The notes below the pieces were generated by a model. That model saw only the letters and a list, made by a program, of their open reading frames with translations, searched no databases and had not been told where the DNA came from. Below, piece by piece: positions 1-16,000 of a DNA stretch of 64,000 bases. This DNA comes from Neoechinorhynchus agilis (Eukaryota > Animalia > Acanthocephala): positions 3,752,389 through 3,816,388 of the forward strand of contig CM121343.1 of assembly GCA_051530055.1 (NCBI GenBank). Reading direction: 5' to 3'. A program made the position numbers and the translations under genes. Every line of letters begins with the position of its first letter. Position 1 is the stretch's first letter.

Positions 1-245
1 CAGTTTTTATTCTTGCTCTATGAATCCCAATAATTGGTATAAGGCGAAATTGTCTATAAACATTTATCATTGATGAATGACCAATTAAATTAAAGTATTT
101 ATAATTTCATTACTTTGTTTAAACTAACAATTTTAACCATTAGCAGAATTCGATTGGTGGTTGTGACGAAACCGACCACCTCGATTCTTCCGTGTGTCTA
201 TCCGTTTTTATCTAGTTCTGTTGCGCTTCAGATATTCCCTCTGCG

Positions 246-2072
246 ATGTCCTCTAACACGTTCGATTCTGTGCTTCTGAGCGGGGAGCGGGATAGCGGTG
301 AGTCCGGTCGTCAGCAGAATGTGGCCGCCGTCGGTGTGGTTGCGAGTGTCATGAGTTCCAGTCTCGGTCCGTTGGGCCTTGATAAGATGATGGTGGATGA
401 AATCGGGGATGTGGTAGTGACTAACGATGGAGCGACCATTCTTCAGCTATTGGACGTGCAACATCCAGCCGCGAAGTGTTTGGTTGATTTGGCTAGTCTT
501 CAGGACCGAGAGGTTGGCGATGGAACCACTTCCGTCGTCTTAATTGCGTCCGAGTTGCTTGTAGCGGCTGAGCAGTTGATGAAACAGAATGTTCATCCGA
601 CTACTATTATGAGTGGATATCGTTTGGCTTGCAAGACCGCTATAAAGTACATGGAAAACAAACTTGCATTTTACGCGACTACATTGGGTGAAGCGAGTGT
701 TTTGAATTCGGTCAAGACGTGCCTATCAAGTAAAGTGTTGGCTCAAGAGAATGAATACTTTAGCCGTATTTGCGTCCTTGCTTGTCGATACATCGCTTCT
801 TCTTCTTTAGCCGGAAAAGTTAATTCGAAGAATAAACCAGGTCGAGGAGATATAGATGTTGCCGTGACTGGAATTGAGCAGAAAACTCCTCATCTCGTTA
901 CAATCGCCGGAGCTGACATAACTAGATCACAAGCGCTAACTAGCCCGGACTCCAAGAAAAACGATCTTTGTTCCTCTAATGTCAAAGTGAGATATCCTTT
1001 AGAATCGATAAATATTTTGAAAGCCCATGGCCGTTCATTGAACGAAAGCTTTTTAGTAAATGGATATGCCATTAATTGCACAGTGGCAAGTCAAGCAATG
1101 CCGAAGAAAATCATGAACGCTAAAATCGCGTGTCTAGACTTTAATTTGACCAAAACGAGGATGAAACTTGGGATTCAAGTCGTGGTTCAGAATCCGGATG
1201 ATCTGGTAGCAATCAGACAACGCGAGATCGACATCAGTCGTGAGAAAATCCGTAAGATTCTAAGCAGCGGTGCGAATGTCGTGTTCACAACGGCCGGAAT
1301 TGACGATATATGTATGAAACCTTTTATAGAGGCGTGTGTAATGGCCGTTCGAAGATGCAAAAAGAGTGATCTGAAAAGAATTTGCAAATCTACTGGCGCC
1401 TCAATGGCTTACACAATGTCTGACATTGACGGAGATGAAGTATTTGCGGAATCGATGCTAGGTCATGCTGAGATGATCGCCCAGGAACGTATTGGAGACA
1501 ACGAACTCATTATTATCAGAGGTCCCAAGTGTAGAAGTGCAGCATCCATCATCATCCGTGGTCCATGTGACGCCGTTTGCGATGAAGCCGAACGTAGCAT
1601 CCACGACGGTCTTTGTGTTGTTAAAAGAGTCCTTGAATCAAATAGGCTGGTTGCTGGTGGTGGCGCCATTGAAGCCGCCTTATCTGTTCATCTCGAAAAC
1701 TTTGCCTCTACCGTCAGCTCACGGGAACAAATGCCAATCGCAGAGTATGCCAATGCTTTACTCGTTATACCCAAATGTCTAGCTACAAATGCAGGCAAAG
1801 ATGCATGTGATTTAGTCGGAAAACTCAGGGCTTGCCATCACAGATACGCAGCAGGGCAATCACAAGATGAAGAATTCCAATATTATGGTCTTGACCTATT
1901 AGGAGAGATGGGATTAATCAATTGCAAAGATGGCGGAATCCTTGAACCACTCGTTGCCAAGGTTAAGTGCTTGAAATTCGCCACAGAAGCGGCGATCACC
2001 CTCCTTCGAATTGATGATATTATTAAGCTTGACAAACCGCAGAAACAGGCTTCCGGTTGCGACGATGATTGA
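246..2072 (+). CDS. TCP1: T-complex protein 1 subunit alpha (CCT1), single ORF with a ~55-aa insert
   Basis: 608-aa ORF with chaperonin motifs SSLGPLGLDKM, TNDGATIL, VGDGTTSVV, ILKAHG and KFATEAAITLLRIDD, matching the alpha paralogue. Confidence 0.97.
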   Translation: MSSNTFDSVLLSGERDSGESGRQQNVAAVGVVASVMSSSLGPLGLDKMMVDEIGDVVVTNDGATILQLLDVQHPAAKCLVDLASLQDREVGDGTTSVVLIASELLVAAEQLMKQNVHPTTIMSGYRLACKTAIKYMENKLAFYATTLGEASVLNSVKTCLSSKVLAQENEYFSRICVLACRYIASSSLAGKVNSKNKPGRGDIDVAVTGIEQKTPHLVTIAGADITRSQALTSPDSKKNDLCSSNVKVRYPLESINILKAHGRSLNESFLVNGYAINCTVASQAMPKKIMNAKIACLDFNLTKTRMKLGIQVVVQNPDDLVAIRQREIDISREKIRKILSSGANVVFTTAGIDDICMKPFIEACVMAVRRCKKSDLKRICKSTGASMAYTMSDIDGDEVFAESMLGHAEMIAQERIGDNELIIIRGPKCRSAASIIIRGPCDAVCDEAERSIHDGLCVVKRVLESNRLVAGGGAIEAALSVHLENFASTVSSREQMPIAEYANALLVIPKCLATNAGKDACDLVGKLRACHHRYAAGQSQDEEFQYYGLDLLGEMGLINCKDGGILEPLVAKVKCLKFATEAAITLLRIDDIIKLDKPQKQASGCDDD

Positions 2073-2219
2073 AATGAGCAAAAGCGATAAAATTTTGGTT
2101 TGACGGCGGCGATGAGGGTCGGATGAATTCTGCACTTTGTTTGGTTTTTTGACAAAACTGATTTTGCCAATGAAAATTGCTTAGGAAGCTATACATACCT
2201 TTTAGAACATAAACCATTC

Positions 2220-2830
2220 GTCGATAAAAAAATCGTTCGGGTTAGTCAAACTATTATTTTGGTGATAATAATCCCGGTAATAGCACACTTGATTTTCATT
2301 TATTGGAAATATTTCACGATGTGACCTCGCCTCATCAGTCATCTAAAAAATAATGTGTTTTGTTATTCAGGTTTCAAGCTCGAGTGCGCGGGATCGCCAA
2401 ACCCGAAGTTCGGGGAACTACGTTTTTCCATGATTTTAGCATTGATTTTTAACACGCCGCTGGCTGGAAGTTTCAAGCTAAAATTAGCTTTATTTCCTTC
2501 CATTGCGTTGGACACAGCGATAAGGCCTCCAAAACAAGACGCCTTTTTAAGTTTTGCTCTATTTCTATGAAGTTGGTGCCACCAAAATCCGCTCGATGCT
2601 TACATGTCTCTTGATGATTAGAGATTGCCGAGGAATGCTCAAATCGACTGCAGGCTTGGTTATGTTGAGCGACCCTCTTATCGATGGCTTGCATCGTTTG
2701 TCCGATATAGACTTTCTCACACTGTTCACAATGAATTCTATATATCCCATGAGTCGGCTCAATTCTACCCTTCCTCTTGAATGTGCTTGCCGACTCATGG
2801 GATATATAGATTTCATTGTGAACAGTGGGA
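2220..2830 (-). mobile_element. 5'-truncated Penelope-like element: GIY-YIG endonuclease end, 3' UTR and pLTR
   Basis: Minus-strand GIYRIHCEQCEKVYIGQT...RRLVLEAL is a PLE-type GIY-YIG. It is followed on that strand by a CTGATGA..GAAA repeat. A closely similar copy lies at 24480-25031. Confidence 0.85.
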
Positions 2831-4014
2831 TTATTATCACCAAAATAATAATATAAACCATTCGGTTCATCGCGAAAAATAATCAAGTGCCAATCCATTT
2901 TTAGATCCGTAGGTCCAATTTAGTGTTAATAATCGTAATGTCAGTGGATTTGTTCAATCCTCGTTCCATATTTAATCGCAAGTCCGCTCTCTTTTTGTCC
3001 TGCATGCAAATTCAGATTAATAGTTCGAAATACAATTTTAGCTTTCTTAATAGATAGACGTCTCTCCATATAACGTGTCGAATTCAACTTACGCAGCCGG
3101 TGCCGTCGCGCCTTGAAAGCTTTTAATATTGGAAAATCCATTTAATGTTCATAAGGTTGAGGATTGCATTCGGGTGTGGTAAGATATTGTTTAGGTCGCT
3201 TGTCGACACCCGATCAAAATGAACAATCATGGGTGTGTTGTGACGAATCCCTCTGTTATTTTAGATTGAATCGGTCAATTCAATCGGTCGAAATACATTC
3301 GTCTTTAATGATCTTTCTCAGGTGTCGGCAAGGGATCTAAGCAACAACATAATGTTCATAAAGCTATCAGAATCATAACCGCGACAGTAAGATGATTAGC
3401 GTCGCTAGTGCATTACACTTGGATTCTCGATTTAAATACGGGCACTTGATGTACCGGTGGATATTGAGCTTGATATTCCTAATTCATTTCAGTGTACACT
3501 GATCTCCAATTCTGGATCTTGCGGTTATTAAAAATGGTGAACTTTAGAACCCTTCTTCTGCAAAACGATACTCGACTGGTTGAGGCTAAGTGCTATCACA
3601 AACGATTTTAGCATCGAAAAGGACGGAAAAGTATGAAGATGGTTACCATTAAAATCCAAATGGATCTCAAGGGCAAACGGAATCAATCATAGAATATTGC
3701 GAGTACACTTCAAAGTGATGGAATAAATGAAACCATAATCGTTCACTAGAATCACCACCCTCTTTGCCCTAAATAACAACAAGAATTTTTAAGCTGTCCA
3801 AATTATTGCTGGTTTCGAAAGGGGCTACGTGGACGACGCTGGCGGATTATCAAGAGCAAAACAGATTGTGAATTTACGCACTCTACAAGAAAACCTTGCA
3901 CTTCATTAAATTGCTTATTTCGGCAATATCGACACTGTCGAGTTGCCCAGCGGGCACTTTTGTGCTAACAACGGTGTATGTGTTCATCCCATCCCCGGAT
4001 AGAAAATATTCTAT

Positions 4015-5309
4015 TAAAATAAGGGTTTTATCCGCCGAAGGGGGGATTATGATCACCACATCTAAATAATTCCGAAGGATTTTCTCTTTTTGGTATAATG
4101 GAGGAATGAATACAAAAAATTTTTGCTTGAAAATATTTCAAAAGGCTCTAGCATTTTTGTTTCAATAATTTACCGATGATTGATTGGACGAGGTTTCCTC
4201 TTCGTGAAATATCTTTAATAAAATAAGGGTTTTATCCGCCGGAGGTGGAATTATGATCATCACATCTCCATAATTCCGAAGGATTTTCTCTTTTTGGTAT
4301 AATGGAGGAATGAATACAAAAATTTTTTGCTTGAAAATATTTCAAAAGGCTCTAGCATTTTTGTTTCAATAATTTACCGATGATTGATTGGACGAGGTTT
4401 CCCCTTCGTGAAATATCTTTAATAAAATAAGGGTTTTATCCGCCGAAGGGGGATTATGATCACCACATCTAAATAATTCCGAAGGATTTTCGCTTTTTGG
4501 TATAATGGAGGAATGAATACAAAAATTTTTGCTTGAAAATATTTCAAAAGGCTCTAGCATTTTTGTTTCAATAATTTACCGATGATTGATTGGACGAGGT
4601 TTCCCCTTCGTGAAATATCTTTAATAAAATAAGGGTTTTATCCGCCGAAGGGGGATTATGATCATCACTTCTCCATAATTCCGAAGGAATTTCTCTTTTT
4701 GGTATAATGGAGGAATGAATACAAAATATTTTTTACTTGAAAATATTTCAAAAGGCTCTAGCATTTTGTTTCAATAATTTACCGATGATTGATTGGACGA
4801 GGCTTCCTCTTCGTGAAATATTATTAATAAAATAAGGGTTTCATCCGCCGGAGGTGGAATTATGATCATCACTTCTCCATAATTCCGAAGGAATTTCTCT
4901 TTTTGGTATAATGGAGGAATGAATACAAAATATTTTTTACTTGAAAATATTTCAAAAGGCTCTAGCATTTTGTTTCAATAATTTACCGATGATTGATTGG
5001 ACGAGGCTTCCTCTTCGTGAAATATTATTAATAAAATAAGGGTTTCATCCGCCGGAGGTGGAATTATGATCATCACTTCTCCATAATTCCGAAGGAATTT
5101 CTCTTTTTGGTATAATGGAGGAATGAATACAAAATATTTTTTACTTGAAAATATTTCAAAAGGCTCTAGCATTTTGTTTCAATAATTTACCGATGATTGA
5201 TTGGACGAGGCTTCCTCTTCGTGAAATATTATTAATAAAATAAGGGTTTCATCCGCCGGAGGTGGAATTATGATCATCACTTCTCCATAATTCCGAAGGA
5301 ATTTCTCTT
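4015..5309. repeat. Tandem array of ~204-bp units (~6.3 copies) derived from the pLTR repeat family (family A)
   Basis: AATAAGGGTTT recurs at 4018, 4222, 4426 and 4628; ORF copies are offset by 204 bp (4771/4975/5179). Units share GAAATAT, ATTATGATCA and CCGAAGGAT motifs with 2220-2350. Confidence 0.95.
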
Positions 5310-5360
5310 GATGAACAAAGACAGTAAAATTACCTTCCAAAATACCATTATTGGGGAATG

Positions 5361-5524
5361 AAATTATTAATTGTTCTGGCGCAACTTTTAACCTCTCCTC
5401 GATATTAATTGATTTATTGTAAATTTCTTCGACCAAATGCGGTCCTCTTGAGATATCTATAAAAAATGCGTTTTAGATTAATTGGTTCTTACATGAAAGG
5501 AGCTCAGGTATCCGTGGTCGTGAA
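5361..5524. repeat. ~165-bp dispersed repeat, nearly identical to 49808-49971
   Basis: AAATTATTAATTGTTCTGGCGC...GTGGTCGTGAA is present at both loci in the same orientation. Confidence 0.9.
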
Positions 5525-6178
5525 AGTGTTGGTTCCCAATTTTTTATGCTCTATCGACGTGCCTCCCATCCTTTTTTTGACCGGATACCAGCAAGGTTTG
5601 TCCCCGCATTCATGTACAGGATGATCTCCTCGTTCCTACCTGCATTTTATCGGGAAAATCTACAATAAATCAATCAGGGGATGTCAAAAGTTGTGACAGA
5701 GCAATTAATAATGTTTCGTATGCGCTTTTCTGACTCGGTCTTGGCAGCGGCGCATGCGAACTGTGACGCGAGTTTCGGAGTCGTGCTTTCTTCTTGACGC
5801 GACAAACAGGAGCGCTAACCGCACATTCGATAACCAATCATCTTATCGGGCGTCCATCTCGACGGCGGCGTCTCTCGCATTGGCCAATGGTGGATTCGGT
5901 TGAAATCGGAGCGTATCATCGCCGTTACCTGTCCTGATGTCTAGACTCGTTTTTGAAGTTAAACGACACAGACACCATTTAAAAAAATGGTATACACCTC
6001 CGATGACGCCGCCGTCGTCGTCGTCGTAGTTAAAAATATATTTTGCGAACGGCAATGTGAGCTCCCCCCCTTCACCCATTTTGCCTTTGTTTTCAGCAGC
6101 TATCGCAACATCACCGTTGATGACAACGACGACGGCGGCGACGATTCGAGCGCATTTTGAAACAGCAAGCGATTCATA

Positions 6179-10110
<3,932 letters not shown>

Positions 10111-10997
10111 GGATAGATAGACCCAAATCAGTTAAAAGCGTGCTCTTCCATCATAATGAAGACACAGTACATGAATGTTGCAGTGCTTCTAATCCGTGCC
10201 CGGGCGGCGGGCAATCTATGTATGTACAATTAAACGAAAATACAACTTTTTGTTTCACGCATTCATTTGCGAAATAATCTCAAAATTCCATAACTTTCTC
10301 TCGTGAACAGTAGATTACCTACGATAATGCTCTAAAATTAATCCGGGCAGTCAAATGTTGTTACTACTCCCGCCCGGCTTTCAATGGCAATAATCCACGT
10401 TTTTAATGCCAAATTAAAAGAAACTTATTTTACAAACTTAGTAGTACGATAAGTGCAAAAAAAGATATGTAAAATCTCAGCCATAAATGAAGACGACGAC
10501 AAAACTCGCCAATATTTTCAGTCTGAAATCATTTTGACTTGTGAGAATCGTTGATCGGTGAATCCTGTCTTGAAATCCCAACTAGATTACATGATAACCA
10601 ACAACAATCCTAGCGAAAAAAAGATTGTTTCATACGTTTTGTGATACGGCAAAGTCGCCCGAGACGGCTCAGAATCCGAGTTTAACCGAGAAACTCGCGG
10701 ATGACCCCACCGCAGACGAATGCTTTTTCAAGAATTAAGAAACATTTCGGTTATGAAGATCGTGGAACTGTGTTTCCGTCGAAGAAAGTCAACAATGAGG
10801 AATTCAAGGTCAGCGCGGCCCAACGAGAATGATGCCTCAGAACTTCAACTTGTGAGAAAGATGTGGCCTGATCCTTGCCAAACAATCAAAAGAAATGCTT
10901 CCTGAATTATGCTGCTTGCTCATAACGTTTTCTCGTCCTCACTCATTGGGGGTAATTATCATAATCCCGGATAAAAGCATCTTAATCAAATAAAATA

Positions 10998-12575
10998 TTC
11001 TGTGGCACACAGCCCACCGATTCACTGGTCAGGGAATCGATTAAAATCACACTTAATACCCTGCTGAACCATTCGACGCGGTTATGAGTTTTGTACGAAT
11101 CCTTCCCGAGGAGGCGGCCTCTTCCTTTCCGTCTCCTTTGGATACGAACCCTTTGACCCAACAAACTGAGATCAGGAGCTTTAATCCACTTGACCACGTG
11201 TACAAACTTTGCCACTTTTGATTGGGCCGATTGAATTTTTTTCCTATTTTTGAATTTTGGCAAGCAGATAACTTTTGTTCAGTGTTTTATTTGTGGCCTT
11301 TCTCATGGCTGATAATGTTCCTCCCATCGATTCATTGGTCAGGGAAGCGATTAAAATCACACTTAGTATCCTGCTGAACCATTCGACGCGGTTATGAGTT
11401 TTGTATGGGTCTTTCCCGAGGAGGCGGCCTCTTCCCTTCCGTCTCCTTTGGTTGCGTATCATCAGCAGTCACGGATACGAACCCTTTGGCCCAACAAACT
11501 GCGATCAGGAGCTTTAATCCACTTGACCACGTGTACAAACTTTGCCACTTTTGATTGGGCCAATTGAATTTTTTTCCTATTTTTGAATTTTGGCAAGCAG
11601 GTAACTTTTGTTCAGTGTTTTATTTGTGGCCTTTCTCAAGGCTGATAATGTTCCTCCCATCGATTCACTGGTCAGGGAAGCGATTAAAATCACACTTAGT
11701 ATCCTGCTGAACCATTCGACGCGGTTATGAGTTTTGTATGGATCCTTCCCGAGGAGGCCCTCTTCCTTCCGTCTCCTTTGGATACGAACCCTTTGGCCCA
11801 ACAAACTGCGATCAGGAGCTTTAATCCACTTGACCACGTGTACAAACTTTGCCACTTTTGATTGGGCCGATTGAATTTTTTTCCTATTTTTGAATTTTGG
11901 CAAGCAGGTAACTTTTATTCAGTGTTTTATTTGTGGCCTTTCTCAAGGCTGATAATGTTCCTCCCATCGATTCATTGGTCAGGGAAACGATTAAAATCAC
12001 GCTTAATATCCTGCTGAACCATTCGACGCGGTTATGAGTTTTGTACGAATCCTTCCCGAAGACGCAGGACTCATCAGTGAGTTTCCTCCCTTCAACGAGG
12101 TATTTCGTCCCCTTTGGTTATGGGTCATCGGCGACCGTCGATTTTGAACCCTTGATTCAAACAAGTCCACTAGACCACCCGGACACAACTACGGAATGTA
12201 CAAACTCTGTAAATCTTAGCTTGGGCCAATTATTGAATTATTTTTAAGTTTAGCTAGCCGGTGACATTCATTCTCTGTTAAATTGAATGCCTTTTAAATG
12301 GCTGATTATTTTCCTCCTTGGCCACACAGCCCACCGATTCATTGGTCGGGGAAGCGCATAGAACCAAAGGGGACGAAATACCTCGTTGAAGGGGAAGGAG
12401 GAAACTCACTGATGAGTCCCGCCTCCACGGGAAGGACTCGTACAAAACTCATAACCGCGTCGAATGGTTCAGCAGGATATTAAGTGTGATTTTAATCGCT
12501 TCCCTGACCAGTGAATTGATGGGAGGAACATTATCAGCCTTGAGAAAGGCCACAAATAAAACACTGAATAAAAGT
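10998..12575. mobile_element. Cluster of tRNA-derived SINE family B: four ~310-335-bp tandem units plus an inverted copy
   Basis: GGTCAGGGA recurs near 11027, 11337, 11671 and 11977. The reverse complement has an A-box-like GTGGTCAAGTGG and a B-box-like GGTTCG(T/A)ATCC. The inverted arm is 12361-12575. Confidence 0.8.
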
Positions 12576-12675
12576 GATAAAAATATGTTTTCACAGGGAC
12601 CTGAAAGATTTCCTTTCGGTGATCCAGATGAAATGTAATCAATGGATATAAAGATGTTCATTATTTACTTTATAG

Positions 12676-12795
12676 CAAATTATCAAATAATTGATTTGAT
12701 AATTTTCGGCTTTCACGTAGGCCTTCTTCAGTACTAATAAAACACTTCAACAATAAAGGCTGAAAATTATCGAATCAATTATTTGATAATTAGCA
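12676..12795 (-). repeat. Fold-back repeat with a degenerate HHR core (CTGAAGAAGGC..GCCGAAAATT) on the minus strand
   Basis: Arms of ~37 bp (AATTATCAAATAATTGATTTGATAATTTTCGGC versus its reverse complement). The core is homologous to 44599-44630, but stem I does not pair. Confidence 0.6.
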
Positions 12796-13030
12796 AAATA
12801 AAAAAGTTAATCAATAGATAATCAATACGATGTCCGATGATGGTTTATTTATAATTTGCCGCGAAATGCACGTGACATCACCATTTTCAGGAAGAAAGCA
12901 CGACTTAAATAATCTAACATTGCGCCATGAATTGGTCAATGGGTTGGTGTTCTGGCCATCTTCGCTGTTTCGTTGAATTATTCAGTTTTTGTGTTTTGAA
13001 ATGTTTTTAGGCGAGTATTGGTTATGAATT

Positions 13031-16000
13031 ATGTTCAAATTGAACACTAGGATGTCTCCGTCCATCGGCGAAGTGGACGATGCTACTCGGACGCGTGAAT
13101 ATCAAAGTTGTGGATTTCACGAAGAAGATGAACACCTTGAACTTATACGAGAAGCTCTTGCTATGACAGTAGATTTGGGTGTCACCGAACGAAATCTACT
13201 CTGGATTAAAAGCATCTCTGATGATTGTAGCAAGGACGATATAAAAGGACTTCTTGTTGAACACGGAAAGGTTACATTGTCTATAACTTCTTTTTTTAAT
13301 TTTCACTTGTGGTGAACATAATCCCCCGGTTAAAGATTTCTTTTATTATTATGAAATATTTCGAAAGAGGAAATCTCATCCGGGATGCTGCTTTTAAGTT
13401 TTCTCAACTGTGAATGAACCCAAAAGATCTTCTTGATATGATTTAATCATAATATTGAATTGCGGTGTTGGTGGTGATGAACATAATCCCCCGGTTAAAG
13501 ATTTCTTTTATTATAATGAAATATTTCGAAAGAGGAAATCTCATCCGGGAAATTGCTTTTAAGTTTTCTCAACTGTGAATGAACCCAAAGGATCTTCTTG
13601 ATATGATTTAATCATAATATTGAATTGCGGTGTTGGTGGTGATGAACATAATCCCCCGGTTAAAGATTTCTTTTATTATTATGAAATATTTCGAAAGAGG
13701 AAATCTCATCCGGGAAATTGCTTTTAAGTTTTCTCAACTGTGAATGAACCCAAAAGATCTTCTTGATATGATTTAATCATAATATTGAATAGCGGTGTTG
13801 GTGGTGATGAACATAATCCCCCGGTTAAAGATTTCTTTTATTATTATGAAATATTTCGAAAGAGGAAATCTCATCCGGGAAATTGCTTTTAAGTTTTCTC
13901 AACTGTGAATGAACCCAAAGGATCTTCTTGATATGATTTAATCATAATATTGAATTGCGGTGTTGGTGGTGATGAACATAATCCCCCGGTTAAAGATTTC
14001 TTTTATTATAATGAAATATTTCGAAAGAGGAAACCTCATCCGGGAAATTGCTTTTAAGTTTTCTCAACTGTGAATGAACCCAAAGGATCTTCTTGATATG
14101 ATTTAATCATAATATTGAATTGCGGTGTTGGTGGTGATGAACATAATCCCCCGGTTAAAGATTTCTTTTATTATTATGAAATATTTCGAAAGAGGAAACC
14201 TCATCCGGGAAATTGCTTTTAAGTTTTCTCAACTGTGAATGAACCCAAAAGATCTTCTTGATATGATTTAATCATAATAATGAATTGCGGTTGCGGTGTT
14301 CGTGGTGATGAACATATTCCCCCGTCTTTCGAAATATTTCATTATATTAAAAAAAAGATTTCTAAGCGGGCGAATATATTCACCACAACGCAAAATTTAC
14401 CTGTTTGAAGATTGAAGTTTTATATGGCGTAGAGAAATTAAGATGATTTTATTTTAAAACAATGAGGAGGACATCAGCCTGGAGCCCGCTCTTCATCTTT
14501 GGATGTCCCTGTCTAACCTCGACAAGATTCCAGACCTCCCGGAAAAACAGAAATCGTGGGACATTCCGTTAGTGGAGCGTGTTCACACCTCACTTTTTGA
14601 CTCGCTCTCCGACGTGGATAGAACGCGATTAAGTGCAGTTTCCTGCAAAGGGTCCGGCGCCTGGTTGAAAGCTGTACCATCAGCAAATATCGGTTCGAGA
14701 TTAGACGGCGAGGCTCTCAGAATCGCAGTGTCCCTAAGGCTCGGGCTCCCGGTTTGTATCCCTCACACCTGCCGATGCGGGACGGAAGTCGACCCCTCGG
14801 GCAGGCACGGTTTAGCCTGTAAACGCTCAAGTGGCCGTTTTGCTAGACACACCGAAGTAAACGCATTGCTGAGCCGCGCTTTGAAAACGGCTAACTCTCC
14901 GAATATCCTCGAGCCTAGCAACATCTGCAGGATCGATGGGCGTAGGCCGGATGGAGTGACCGTTTTTCCTTGGAGCAGGGGGAGATGTCTCCTATGGGAC
15001 GCAACATGCGTCGACTCCCTTGCAGCCAACAATCTGCGAGATGCATCCTCCGGGGCTGGGGGAGCCGCATCAGCAGCTGAGCTCCGTAAGGTTGCAAAAT
15101 ACGCCGATTTTACAAATTCTCATCATTTCGTCCCCTTCGCAGTGGAAACCTTAGGAGCTTTCGGACGTGCGGCGAGGAGTTTTGTTCTCGAACTGGGGCA
15201 TCGCCTGATCAACTCGACCAATGACAGGAGGGCTCGCTCGTTCCTAGTACAGAACATATCCTTGGCTATCCAGCGAGGAAACGCAGTGAGTGTCTTGGGG
15301 ACGGTGAAGGACAATTCAGAATAATATAAGTTAACTTTTTAAAAAAAAATAAATGCTTATTATTTTAAAAAAAATTGGCAGTTTTAAAATAAAATCATTT
15401 TAATTTCTCTACGCCATATGAAACATTCAAAATTTACCATCCCTTTGATTTTCTCGATATTTTTTAAATGTAACCTCATTATGCTATAGGTTATCTACAT
15501 TAAAATGTTCCAAACTAAAGATCTTGGTGAAAATAGCGGCCAACGATGGGCTCTGGTAGCAATGAACGTGGATATTAATGAAGCTGTCTTAATGCTAAAC
15601 GGCACAATGTTGAAAGGTAATATTATAGAATTGCTGAAGGTAAATCCGCGTTAGTGGCTATCGTCTTACATTACTAGAGTTTATCTTTCAGGGGGACTAT
15701 TACACTTTGATGGAAAGGGAAATTCCGGATTATAGGCTAAGCTTGATTTCTGATGGCTCAGGTGATGATATTCAGAAGAAGTTAGACGATATCCGTGTTG
15801 AGTACAGTAGCCTTCGTAGTCGTCGTATTCAAAGTGTGAATTTGGGACGCGAATTGACTAAATGGGAGCGCGAAACAACCAGAAAAGAGGAACGTCTTAA
15901 GGCGATGAAGCGTGAATTTGATAAAGACTACAAAGCTTACCAGAAAGCTCGCTTGAGTCTTCATAATGATCAAAAGGCGCTACAGATAAGACAAGGAAAA

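Noticed and set aside
3810-3910. YVDD reverse-transcriptase motif
   Set aside because: It is an isolated short frame with no flanking RT motifs in register; at most decayed retroelement debris.
4015-5309. CRISPR-like or coding interpretation of the tandem arrays (repeated 64-65-aa ORFs)
   Set aside because: Whole units repeat with no unique spacers and there are no cas genes in this eukaryotic context. The ORFs are by-products of the 204-bp period.
12090-12125. RYFVPFG in SINE B resembling the CRE endonuclease motif HFVPFG
   Set aside because: It is the reverse complement of the GGGGACGAAATACC hammerhead strand, and the flanking residues do not align with CRE, so the match is treated as coincidence.
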